A stretch of DNA of 64,000 nt, from positions 84,632,001-84,696,000 of the forward strand of contig CM059432.1 of the NCBI GenBank assembly GCA_030390025.1. The letters run 5' to 3'. Both the position numbers and the translations under genes were made by a program. The stretch is from Squalus acanthias (taxonomy: Eukaryota). The notes below the pieces were generated by a model. The model was not told the origin of the DNA. It ran no database searches and saw only the letters and a list, made by a program, of their open reading frames with translations. Shown here one piece after another: positions 38,695 to 49,798 of this stretch (the stretch's first letter is position 1; each line of letters begins with the position of its first letter).

Positions 38695-38830
38695 GTGCTA
38701 CCGTCGCTTAGGTCCATGCTACCTTGGTCTCCCGCTGCTTTTATCTGCTGCATCCTTGGTGCTGCCGTCGCTTAGGTCCGTGCTACCTTGGTCTCCCGCT
38801 GCTTTTATCTGCTGCATCCTTGGTGCTGCC
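38695..38830. repeat. 64-bp tandem repeat (about 2.1 copies) at the CR1 5' end
   Basis: CCGTCGCTTAGGTCC recurs at 38701 and 38765. Confidence 0.9.
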
Positions 38831-38932
38831 ACCGGAAGAGGGGTATGTGGTAGGAGAGTCAGGAATGAAGATTCTACCACATTATTCAATAGCAACATCT
38901 GCACCAGCAGTGGTAAAGCTACAAGAATCAAT

Positions 38933-40862
38933 GGGCTAGAAATTAATCTACTTACTGCCACTCCGGAGTGCCATGAAATGGCGAAAAAATGGCGGCCGCC
39001 ACTCTTTTGCCAGCTGGTGGTGGGTCCCACGGCAGCCACTATTTTCCTCCCTCCCTTTTTGCTGCTGGTAACTGGCAGCGCCTTGGAAAAAAAAGGCAGC
39101 ATGGTGACTTCAATTGGCGTGCAACACCAACTTAACATTACCACTCCAAACTTCGACCCTAGCGCTGAATTTAGCATTGGGTCCTAAGCACGCCATGTAA
39201 GTTGGGATTTAAGTTTTTGGACTGGGTTTTTTAAATTTTGTTGAAGTAGTGGCTTGATGCAATAGATTTTAAAAGTATTTTAAGTGTGTAGGGAGTGCTG
39301 TTGGATGCTTGCAAGGCCTCGGATGGTAAAGGAAGGCCTCTGAGAAGACAGAAAATGCTGGTCAGGCAACATCTATGGTGAGAGAAACAGAGTTCACGTC
39401 TCAGGTCAAGATGCTGCCTGACCAGCTGAGTATTTCTCGCATTTTATGCTCTCATTTCAGATTTACAGCATACCTTCACCTTACCTTCCCTCTGTTACTG
39501 ACCATCACAGTGTTCTCTTGGCCACAATGCTGAAATAAAAGCCACCACAAAGCAAACCCTCCAATCCAACTTTATACATCTATCCATCTAATATGACATC
39601 AACAAATCAACTCCTCGCCCTTTTGCATTCTCTTAGTGACTGTCTTGTGTGTGCTTTTGCCTATCCTACTGGTGTCACACAGTGCTACCCCAGTGACTGC
39701 AGCATGGCTGGTGGAAGGCTGCTGACTTTCAGTGGGGGACACTGCAAATGGCCTTGCTGGTCGACCTTGAGGAGCTGGTGGCTGGGAGTGTCAAATCAAG
39801 TGATGGTGTTTCTTCTTCACTCTCCTCTCCCTCTTCTTGGCCAACCACTGGCTGGGCAGGCTGCATTTGTTGGATGTGTGCAATGAAGAAGGCACAAGGG
39901 TGGTGTTGTGGTGACAGGAGGGCGGGAAAGCAAGAGGTGCATGCCAGAAGTAAGATAACATATGAGGATACCAGCATCTTTAATCCTTTCAGCTCTGCCG
40001 CTGGCCAAGGGCTCAGCCATGTCCCTGTCAAGAATGACCTGCTCCGTCTCCTCCTCCAAGGGGTGAGGTGAGGCTAGGAATGGGAGATTTGCCTTGTGAT
40101 TGGTACAGATTGTTCATAGGTGATTGGGGGGTGGGGGTCGTGCATTGAGAAGTGTGTGAGGCTAGTGGTGCAGTTGGTAGGAGGCGACTTTTGAAGATGC
40201 ATTCACTGACCTTGACCAGTGGTCTGAGGTCATGAAGCTTCTTTGGGCACTGGAGCCAGGCGGTGGGGGCGACACTGCTGGCAGTGACGGCCTCGGTGAT
40301 GTAGTCCCACATACTTTTTTCTGGAGGGCTTCCTGGCCCCTGTGGGTAGAGGACCTGTCTTGCAGTGTTGACCCCCTGCACAAAGCTGGAGTGCTGCGTG
40401 CAAGACCCTGGGTGCCCCTTCCCTGGCTTGCTGAGCCATTTGTGTTAATGCTGAAGCAACTTTCCCATTTTTTGAGGTTCGGAAGTGAATTCAGCTTTAA
40501 GAGCTGAAAATTCACATTTGGGACCTCTTTTTAATGTAATTTTTTTTGAAAGGCAGAAAGGGCTAAAAACTGCATTTTTACTGCTTTTAATTTTTATTAG
40601 TTCTGAATGCATTGCCCCTTTAATTAATAGCCCTTGTAATTGCCCACAATTCCTTGCGAGCTCCACAGCCTCGCTCCTAGAGGCAGTGCGAAGCTCGAAC
40701 GCAACTTCAGGATGGGAACTTCGCCTCGGAGGTCTCCAGTAATTCCACGAGGAGGGCATTGCACGGAAGTTTAGCGCTGTGCCACCAATCTCCTGCCCCC
40801 AGCCGAATTTATTTTCCTTAGCGTTGTGGCCATTTTCAGCGACCGTTAACTCCAATTGCAGG
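38933..40862. mobile_element. Deleted Harbinger with Myb gene remnants (minus strand, about 39590-40441)
   Basis: Left GGGCTAGAAATT; MAQQAREGAPR..WLQCPKKLHDL..VK|GTCAGT; degenerate right end. Confidence 0.65.
39345..39472. mobile_element. Short inverted Penelope-pseudo-LTR-derived insertion
   Basis: CAGAAAATGCTGG..GAGAAACAGAGTTCACGTCTCAGGTC followed by the reverse-complement arm. Confidence 0.55.
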
Positions 40863-42171
40863 TGACACCAGCAACTTTCATGATGAACACAAATTTATCG
40901 GTCAATATATTTCAACATATCTGTATAAAGGTGAGAGAGAAGTAATTTATGCGAGCTGCATTATTAGTCATCAGTGTTCAAAATAACAAATGGCAGCATT
41001 ACAAAATTCTTTCTCAATGTTATTTACTACACAGATATTTCCCCTTTAACTTATCAGAGTTGTCTTTTCAAAGTTGTTCTATATCCCTTTCACGTGAGAA
41101 AGCAGTCTTATGTCAAGGGAAAATTCTGGTCAAAATATTCATTGCTTTTCCACACAGTCAGAATTCAATAACCTTGGAGGAAATGACTTATAATAATTGT
41201 TCGAGCTCATTTACTTTCTGAAACCCTGGTTGTGTTGCTCAGGTATCAACAACTTTCAGCACACTTTCCCCTGTGGAATAGCAAAGCAAACGGCCTAAAT
41301 ACCTCTTGGCGCCAGAAGAAAGTTCTCATGTAATAGATACCTTTTGGTGTTAAAACTCAGGTTCTGTTCACTTTGTCAATCAACTATTTTGATCTCAATA
41401 CATTTTTTCCAAGGATGTGGAATAAAGGGATTCATCTGTATGAAAAATTAAACTTATTCTATTATTTAATTGTTTTGATGACTGGCATCTTACAGGTTGT
41501 AGCAATGGATTGAAACTAATGGTAGTCTATAACTACCAGAACCACACAAACTGCTCCCATTGAAATAATTAGTTGAGATAAGCAAACAGCAAGCAGTGGG
41601 AAATGACATGCAACACACAGTTTCACATTTCAACCTTTCTCAATCTCAAATGGGAAATGATATGTAATACCACGGAAAAGATAGAGCAAGATAAAAATGA
41701 CTTTATTACTTTACACGCATGCAACTTTCAGTTGTGTTTCTAAATGATAAATGTTTTTGATAAATACCTGTCTTTAAACAAAATAAACTGTAGTATGTTT
41801 ACTTTGACCTAATGGTATCAGAGTTAAATTAACTACACCTATTCAGGGTTAACCCTCTGAACGTCATTTGAATTTTGTAATGTGAATTATTTTAGGTGGT
41901 CATTCAGTGACCCTAGTTGCATTATAGGAACTAGAAGATCTAGACAGGTGACAGTGAAGTCAGGATGATGCCCAAAATGCTGAATAATGTCAAGAAACAA
42001 TTTATCTTTAGTTTTCTTGAATATATTACTTGAGAAGAAAAGTTCAAACAGTTACACATGGACTTGATGTTAATGCTAACTCTTATCAAGCTTGGCTACT
42101 CTGTAAGAAAATACTCTGCAGCACATTCTTGTTATTGATGAGATAAAGTTCTTTTATACTCTCTACCATAC

Positions 42172-42475
42172 CTAGCAGCAAGCCTGTTACTTTTTTCATC
42201 ATTTTCTCAATTATTCGAATCCAAAATGTCAGAAGGAAGTTCACCATCTGGTTCATCTTCTAAATAATCTTCTGTATCTCTACTACCGCCACCTCTTTCT
42301 GGTCTATTTGAGTCTTTATTACCAAAGAGGAAAATATATCTGTGGAAGTTATTGTTTGTTTTTCTTGGTTTGCAGTGGCCAATTGGCTTTTAATCACAAA
42401 GCAAAGAGAGGGATATTTTGGAGAGATAGTTTTCTGAACACTGGAAAAGAAATAGCTGTGAACTTCGCAGTGATC
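42172..42475 (-). pseudogene. Candidate decayed exon of an unidentified gene
   Basis: TTCTAG acceptor and GTATGG donor; the phase-compatible frame gives acidic protein-like text with 2 stops. Confidence 0.2.
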
Positions 42476-42769
42476 CTAGAAGAAAGATTAGTTGTATTAA
42501 ATTAGAAAAGCAACTTCCAAGTGAAATTTGCCTAGGTTTTCAATCACGTAATAATCAACACGGGAGCCCAAAGCTGATCATGTTGAATAATTTCAGCAGA
42601 AATATTCATTTGGGATTATCCTTTCCTGTAGCTAGTTCCTGAACATTAGATAGAAAAACATATTTCTGGAATTAATAGGTTGTTTTTCTTGATAGGAGTG
42701 ACTAAGAGTGCAAAGTATTAAAATGCTTGTACCACCAGGAAAACACTAACATTTATTTAAGCAATGAAA

Positions 42770-43516
42770 GTCCAAGAGTTTCCGCTTTGGGCACAATCGG
42801 CGATCCGGGCACAAATTGCACTCAAATTGCGCTAGTTTTGGGAAGTGCTTTTTTCCTCAAGTTTCCGCTCAAACTCATTTGCATATCACTGAACGTAAAA
42901 TCTGCCATGAACCAGCGCAATTGGGCAGCGTTTTAGAACATCATTTTTATTAAAAAATATTTTGCTTTAAAAAATATTTCTTGATATATTTAAAGAGTGG
43001 TAACTTGGAGCAGTTTGATTAATACAGCTGAAAATGGGTTTATCACAAAAAACATTTTAATCAGAGTCCAGTCCACCACTTTTGGGTAACCCGATTTTAA
43101 ATTACTGAAAATGACTTTAAAAACCTATACTGAACCATTTCCTAGTTATATTGGTGTACAGTAGTCAGTTTCTTAGTAAATTAAAAAATATATATATTCA
43201 AAATCTTTTAAAATGTTCCTTTTTGTGTCCTTGTGCCTAAAAGCTTAATTTTTAGAGCTTCCTTGACTGCCTGCAAACGAGCGCAATTAGCGGAAACTCG
43301 CAATGGTGATTAATTTGATCTGGGGGCATGGCAAGATTTGTAGGTGGGGCCGGCTTCTAGCACGATGTTTTTTAAACTAGCGAAAAAGATTGTGGAAACT
43401 CAATTAACGCTGGACGTAATTTGCGCTTAAAATTTCACGATCTTTTGGGTTGGTTTAGCCGATTTTGGAAAAATTGCGCCGAAAAAACCAGCGCAACCAA
43501 ATGGAAACTCCAGGCC
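42770..43516. mobile_element. Harbinger-type MITE, diverged
   Basis: GTCCAAGAGTTTCC / GGAAACTCCAGGCC imperfect TIR; AT-rich core. Confidence 0.6.
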
Positions 43517-43519
43517 AGG

Positions 43520-44100
43520 ATGTTTTCATGCACCACAACAGCAATAGATGGTTGGATCAACTTGAGAAATTGTGAGATTGACTCCTTTAATCAAACTGGA
43601 AGGTACATTTTATGCATTTGTGTTCTTGATACAGAGCTTGGCAAGCCACGACCGCATTTTGTGAATCTGGACGCAGAAATTAACAGCCCCTGCAGGATGT
43701 TCCATCCATTTTGGATGGAAAACCTTATGATGCCTTATGACTTTATATCCAAAGACCGAGTATGCACTCCTGGTAGGCAAAGTTCCACGCTGGGAGTGCA
43801 AATACATAAAATACATCTTTACATTCGTTGAATTTCACTGTACAGTCCACGGAGGTGTTCTTTATTGGTACTCTATCATGATTTCAGCCAGTATTTGCAA
43901 AAAAACTAGAAGCTTCTTTATTATATTTAGCACAATATCCAGCAAAGTAAGGTCTAGTGAACAGCACTGCTCTCTATTACCAGATTTTTACTTTTCCACT
44001 ATTGTAATATCCAACAAAAAGTGTGAAATTGGTAATTGACAGTACTGTTGCACATTATTTAATTATATTTCTTTGGTGCTCATTAATTGTGTCAGAGAAT
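43520..44100 (+). pseudogene. Probable ancient hAT transposase fossil
   Basis: AIDGW..CICVLDTELGKPRPHF.., then after a frameshift FVEFHCTVH (CxxH), in hAT order. Confidence 0.35.
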
Positions 44101-44435
44101 GGAACTCTTTCTATCTTTTGGACCTGGTGTGTGCCAGGACTCACATCAAGGACTCACACGTCAGGTGTAGCAAAACTCCATCCAAGCTACCCCAGGAATG
44201 TGCCTTAGGTGGTGAAATTGGTCTACACCAGTAGCGTTGAGCGGGCTCATTGTGAATCGGCAGCCCGTTTTACACCGTGCCCGATTGAAGTCAATGTAAA
44301 TTCCTAATATCAAATGGGATGAGTGCAATTTCCACAAAACAGCATCTTCATTTATGATCAGTAGTAAGTTAACATACTCAATCATGTGGTTACTGTTAAC
44401 CAATTACAGCACCTCAACCAGCCCTTTTACATATG

Positions 44436-44866
44436 AAAAAAAAGAAAGACTTGCATTTATATAGCGCCTTTCACGACCACCGGACGTCTCAAAGCGCTTT
44501 ACAGCCAATGAAATACTTTTGGAGTGTAGTCACTGTTGTAATGTGGGAAACACGGCAGCCAATTTGCGCACAGCAAGCGCCCACAAACAGCAATGTGATA
44601 ATGACCAGATAAACTGTTTTTGTTATGTTAATTGAGGGATAAATATTGGCCAGGACACCGGGGATAACTCCTCTACTCTTCTTCGAAATAGTGCCATGGG
44701 ATCTTTTATGTCCACCTGAGAGAGCAGATGGGGCCTCGGTTTAACGTCTCATCCGCAGCACTCCCTCAGCACTGCACTGGAGTGTCAGCCTAGCTTTATG
44801 TGCTCAAGTCCCTGGGGTAGGACTTGAACCCACAACCTTCTGACTCAGAGGCGAGTGTGCTACCAT
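44436..44866 (-). mobile_element. SacSINE1-like SINE, well preserved
   Basis: tRNA-like head with B-box GGTTCAAGTCC, Deu-like body, tail GCGCTATATAAATGCAAGTCTTTC. Confidence 0.85.
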
Positions 44867-45395
44867 GTGTTACTATATGTTGATGAATGCAACAAAATGC
44901 AAAAATATGGTATCATTCACATTATAAAATGGAGTCGAGCAGGAATTTCTACAGGTGTCTATAGTGGGAGATTGGACGAATTCCTGGAGAAACAGTGTAA
45001 ATGGTTAAAAACTTCCATTTACGTTGTTTTTCCAGGGGTCTACCAATCTCCTGCTGAAGTTATGGCAGGAGATCAGGAGTACCTCACAGAAATGTAGAGC
45101 TATTCACATTTTTTGAGCGACATTGAAAGAAGGTCTTATGTATGGATAATGACTATGAATCAGCTAAAAAGATAAATAAAGTTGCTAAGTTTCTCCAGAC
45201 CGAACAATATTTTGAAAATGAATTAATGACTCTAAAACAGGAGGAAAAAGACAATGGATAATTGATATTAATACTTGAAAACTGAAAAGACATCATCAAG
45301 GTGAGGTGTAAACAAAGAAAGGCTTGATATGGCTGGAGGACAAAAATATAGATATCAAAGTCATTTTAGGAGGCAAAACATCTACCCCAGACTCC

Positions 45396-46010
45396 AGCAG
45401 GGATTTTCAACCCTCCCCAACTGGCGGAAACTGGGCAGCGAGGGCAGTTAAAATTGAGCGGAGACTTATCGCTGGCTTGCTGCCCAATCCTGCTGACTGC
45501 AATTTTAAATTGCAGGTGACAAGGACACCCGCCACAAGCTGATGGGGTCCTCTTTAAATATGCAGGCCAGCTCCGATGACATCACAAGATGTGGCTCCCC
45601 CACCAGGCCAAATCTGCCAGGAACAGCAGCCAGGGCCAGAGGAAGCCCAGCGAGGTAAGTTTTAAAAACATTTTATAGTTTCATTGTGGGCCAGAAGGAG
45701 CAGCAGTGCTCCTCTGGGCCCCACAAGAAAACCTTGGACCACTCCTGCGCAGGATTTCCCCCACCCCATCTCCCATTACATGGATTCCCCTCATCGAGCC
45801 CTCCAAAGGACTTAGCTTGTGCCAAGGACCGTTCCCGCGGGTCCCTGGTGGTGGACTCCTGCGGCCGGAAGCTCTGCTCCTACCTGCTTCGGACGTATAT
45901 GTAAATGAGCCCAGGGGCTAAAATCACTCTGGGCCTCACCATGAAAGCTTGTCGCTTGCCTTTTCCCCTGCCCCTATGCAACGATCCTGCCCCGACTTAA
46001 AATCGAGGCC
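45396..46010. mobile_element. Harbinger-type MITE, diverged
   Basis: GCAGGGATTTT...AAAATCGAGGCC termini. Confidence 0.5.
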
Positions 46011-46113
46011 AATATGTCAGGCAGCTGCCGAATACATCCATGGACTACAGATTGACTGATATCACTAATCTCCTCTACGCTAGTTTGGAAATGTTCAGAG
46101 CCGAAGGCACAAT

Positions 46114-47305
46114 GGGGTGAAATTGGTTTTGGACAGTAGTGCAAAATAGGCGATAGTGAATCAGTAGCCCATTTTACACCCTGCCCGATTTTGTTTCAAT
46201 TTGAGGGCACTTGAGATGGCCATGGGGCGACTTCTCTGCACAGAGGGCCCGGCTGCAGCCGGGCATTCTGTCCGAGCTGTTGGTCGACACCAACAAGGGC
46301 ATGGTTGAGAGGCTGGCAGGGTATCAGGCGTGTTGCTATCCTGAGGGATGACAGCATATGCCTCTCCCATGGTGGCACTGCTCTCTAATGGGGCTGAGCC
46401 TCATCACTCCTACTGCTTTGCCAGAGAACAGAGTGCAGGAGTGATGTGAGGCTCTCAAAGCCCCTTTCCATTGTCTCTGTCATGGCTTGAAAGCCAGAGG
46501 AAATGGCAGCAATCTGAGCTTCGAATGAAGCTTTGAAACTGCCACCAAGAGGCTCCATGGTGTGGGCCCCCTGCAGTGTTCACAGAAATTATCACTTGCT
46601 CCATAATTGACTGCAGTGTTTGCCATGGCCGACGCGAGGACCCCATATAGGTTGGAGTTGGACTCCTCCATACTCTGTGCCAGTGTGTCAGAGGTTCACT
46701 GGCAGGCAAGCCAGTGCATCTCGAAAAATCCTGGTTTACAATCATCAGTCTTTTTCTAGTCTGGGCCGTCTGAGCTCTGAGCTCTCCCTTGGGCAAGCTG
46801 CTTCCTGGGACATCCCTGAGTTAGGAGTCCTACCTTAGTACCTACTTGTGACATTGCAGCCAGGTCCTTGGTGCAATGCTCCTGGCACTGACCTCCTCTG
46901 CCAACTCTTGCCATTGCTGCCTGGCCACATGTCTGGAGACTCTTCACCCTCCGGCAGGGATAGCACCGCAATCCTCCAGTGGATTGCCTCCACCAGGAAC
47001 CCTGTGCAACATCTTCACACTTGAAGGCCCTCACAGCAGCTGTTTCATGCATGTCTGAAGTGTCCACAGCAGATTCCAGTGTTCAACAGCCAAAGTGCAC
47101 CTCCCCTTTAAGAGGTGCAGTCTGCCTTAAAGAGTGTCATGGACATGTCATTTTCACGGCCCTAACTAGGTAAACCTCCAATGAGCAGCGGGAGTAGCGC
47201 TGGCACCCCACCTGTTCAGTGTTAATGAGGCATGGGGACCAATTTCTCCACGTGTTCAATGCCGATTCGGTGCTTGAAAATTAGCGCGGACCAATTTCTA
47301 CCCCC
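46114..47305. mobile_element. Deleted Harbinger with Myb gene remnants on the minus strand
   Basis: GGGGTGAAATTGG / CCAATTTCTACCCC; internal similarity to Myb exons 1 and 3. Confidence 0.6.
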
Positions 47306-47549
47306 CATGTCTTCCAGAAGCAGTATAGTAACAGTAGCACTAGAACTTATCTTGAGGTTTAAATAACATGCACGCTATTAAACAGTATATGAACAAGCAA
47401 ATAATTGCAGAAATATAAGAGATTTACAGTAGTTTTAAACTTTACTAGCTCCTTGCAGAGTAGAAAATAATAAATGAATTTTAACTCTCGTACTAAAATT
47501 ATGACTACAATTACTTTTTATGTAGCTGTTTTATTAATTCTATCCTCAC

Positions 47550-47737
47550 CAACTACTGAAGTTGCCTGGCTTATCTTATTCTCTTCAGAAGTCAAACAAA
47601 TTTTCTTCAAAGGCTTCAGATCAAACTCACTGATTTGAAAAGTGCAGGCTAATAAATCCCTCCAAAGCAGTAACCAGAGCTTTGCCAATTTAAATAACTG
47701 TCCATTAAATTCAGAAAGCTGCCAATCAGATGGAAAT
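47550..47737 (-). CDS. Candidate 188-nt coding exon, product unknown
   Basis: TTTTTCAG acceptor, GTGAGG donor, open frame FPSDWQLSEFNGQLFKLAKLW..SQATSVV. Confidence 0.3.
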
Positions 47738-48224
47738 CTGAAAAATATCACATTGATGTTTTATTTCAATTGAGTGGCTTAGCAACCGCCTGAAGCAAAC
47801 CGCCTGAAGACCCACTGGCAAATAGTTACAATATTGTATTGTGTTAAGTTGAGACATGGGCCAGGGTTTTCTGTTTCTGTTCCATTCAGGAAATCTCCAG
47901 CCATGACTTCAGTGAGTGAAGCTGGTCTTTTAACCCCTTATGTACCATGACAAAATTAAAGATGCGAATACAAGCTAAATCTTTGAGACAAATGAGTCAT
48001 CTTGGTCACACAGGCTTTGTAATTTCTTTTCTGTTGCAATTTTTACAGAACCTTTTCAGTACTGTGTTGTTCTCATTACAAATCTTTTCACGAGCGCACA
48101 TACATCCACTCAGGAGGAGGGAACCACAGAGAGCGAGGGGATGTGACTGGGTGAATCAGTGAGCAGCAAAAGTTGGGAAGGGATGATGAGGAAACCGCTA
48201 TCTCCCCCCATAGGGAGCAGAAAT

Positions 48225-48450
48225 GCAGTATTGCCAACTCTCGCGATTGCGCGTGAAATGCAGTATCACTCGCGCGCTCCGGCTGGGGGGAAAATCCTGA
48301 GATTTGCGAAAGCGCGAGAAAAATGTAATCTGCGCATGCGCGGGGAGAAAAAAACAACCCCTTTGCGCATGCGCAGAAAACTCAGCGATTTGCGAGGGAA
48401 AAAATACGACGCGATGTGCTGAAGGGACGATTTCAGGCCGCTCGCTGTCC
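48225..48450. promoter_or_regulatory. CpG-rich promoter-like segment with two NRF1-type palindromes
   Basis: TGCGCATGCGCG at 48331, TGCGCATGCGCA at 48364, TCTCGCGA at 48239. Could instead be a hAT end (CAGTATTGCCAACTC). Confidence 0.35.
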
Positions 48451-48889
48451 CAGATTCATCAGCTGCCTCTGGATTCCTTCGTAGTCTTGAGGTACGAACT
48501 AATTATAGCAAGTTTTTCTGTATTGAAATTAGAGCACACACCGCCACCTGTCTCGAGCATCTATGTACGAGGAATGTCCCTGATACAGATTGCGTCAAAT
48601 CACATCGACAGGGTTCAATAGCAAGAGAAGTGCATGGAAATACTTTCTGTTGAAAGTACTTTCTCTCTCTTCCCCCGCACTCCCCCGAACTTCATGGGAG
48701 AAATAATAAGCATATAATAAATAATCTCATCAGATTTCTTAGTTGACAGAGAACCACCATTTCTGGTCAATTGCAGGGCTGGGCCCTGTTTCAAAAGTTG
48801 TAATCGTTCATTAGGGCTGGAACCTACACCCCAGTGAACGAGAACTACCCTCTCGCAGCCCATATTTGTCCGGGGAGGGAGGTCCAATC

Positions 48890-49298
48890 TCTTTCTCTGT
48901 CTCCCCGTCTCCCTCCCTCCCTCTCGCTGTCTTCCTCCCTCCCTCCCTCCCTCCCCGTCTTCCTCCCTCCCTCCCTCGCCGTCTCCTCCCTCCCTCCATC
49001 CCCGTCTTCCTCCCTCCCCGTATTCCCCCCTGTCTCCAACTCACCTCCCTCCCCGTCTCCCTCTCTCCCCCCTCCCCATCTCCCTCTCTCCCCCCTCCCC
49101 ATCTCCCGTCTCCCTCTCCCCCCTCCCCGTCTCCCACTCACCCCCCTCCCCGTCTCCCTCTCTCCCCCCTCCCCATCTCCCGTCTCCCTCCCTCCCTCTC
49201 CGTATCCCCCCCGTCTCCCACTCACCCCCATCCCTGTCTCCCTCCCTCCCCGTCTCCCTCCCTCCCCGTCTCCCTCCCTCCCCGTCTCCCTCCCTCCC
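48890..49298. repeat. Polypyrimidine low-complexity tract (CCCT/CCCCGTCT units)
   Basis: Directly visible. Confidence 0.95.
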
Positions 49299-49798
49299 NN
49301 NNNNNNNNNNNNNNNNNNNNNNNNNNNNNNNNNNNNNNNNNNNNNNNNNNNNNNNNNNNNNNNNNNNNNNNNNNNNNNNNNNNNNNNNNNNNNNNNNNNN
49401 NNNNNNNNNNNNNNNNNNNNNNNNNNNNNNNNNNNNNNNNNNNNNNNNNNNNNNNNNNNNNNNNNNNNNNNNNNNNNNNNNNNNNNNNNNNNNNNNNNNN
49501 NNNNNNNNNNNNNNNNNNNNNNNNNNNNNNNNNNNNNNNNNNNNNNNNNNNNNNNNNNNNNNNNNNNNNNNNNNNNNNNNNNNNNNNNNNNNNNNNNNNN
49601 NNNNNNNNNNNNNNNNNNNNNNNNNNNNNNNNNNNNNNNNNNNNNNNNNNNNNNNNNNNNNNNNNNNNNNNNNNNNNNNNNNNNNNNNNNNNNNNNNNNN
49701 NNNNNNNNNNNNNNNNNNNNNNNNNNNNNNNNNNNNNNNNNNNNNNNNNNNNNNNNNNNNNNNNNNNNNNNNNNNNNNNNNNNNNNNNNNNNNNNNNN
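49299..49798. other. Assembly gap (500 N)
   Basis: Run of n. Confidence 1.

Larger units (their letters stand above)
33930..38830 (-). mobile_element. Near full-length decayed CR1 LINE (5' UTR, ORF1, ORF2, 3' tail)
   Basis: ORF1 VVGDSIIRG..CLPGARV..HVGTNN; ORF2 KSPGPDG, QHGF, QGSVLGP, KFADD, RTRGHSLK; tail near 33930. Confidence 0.92.
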
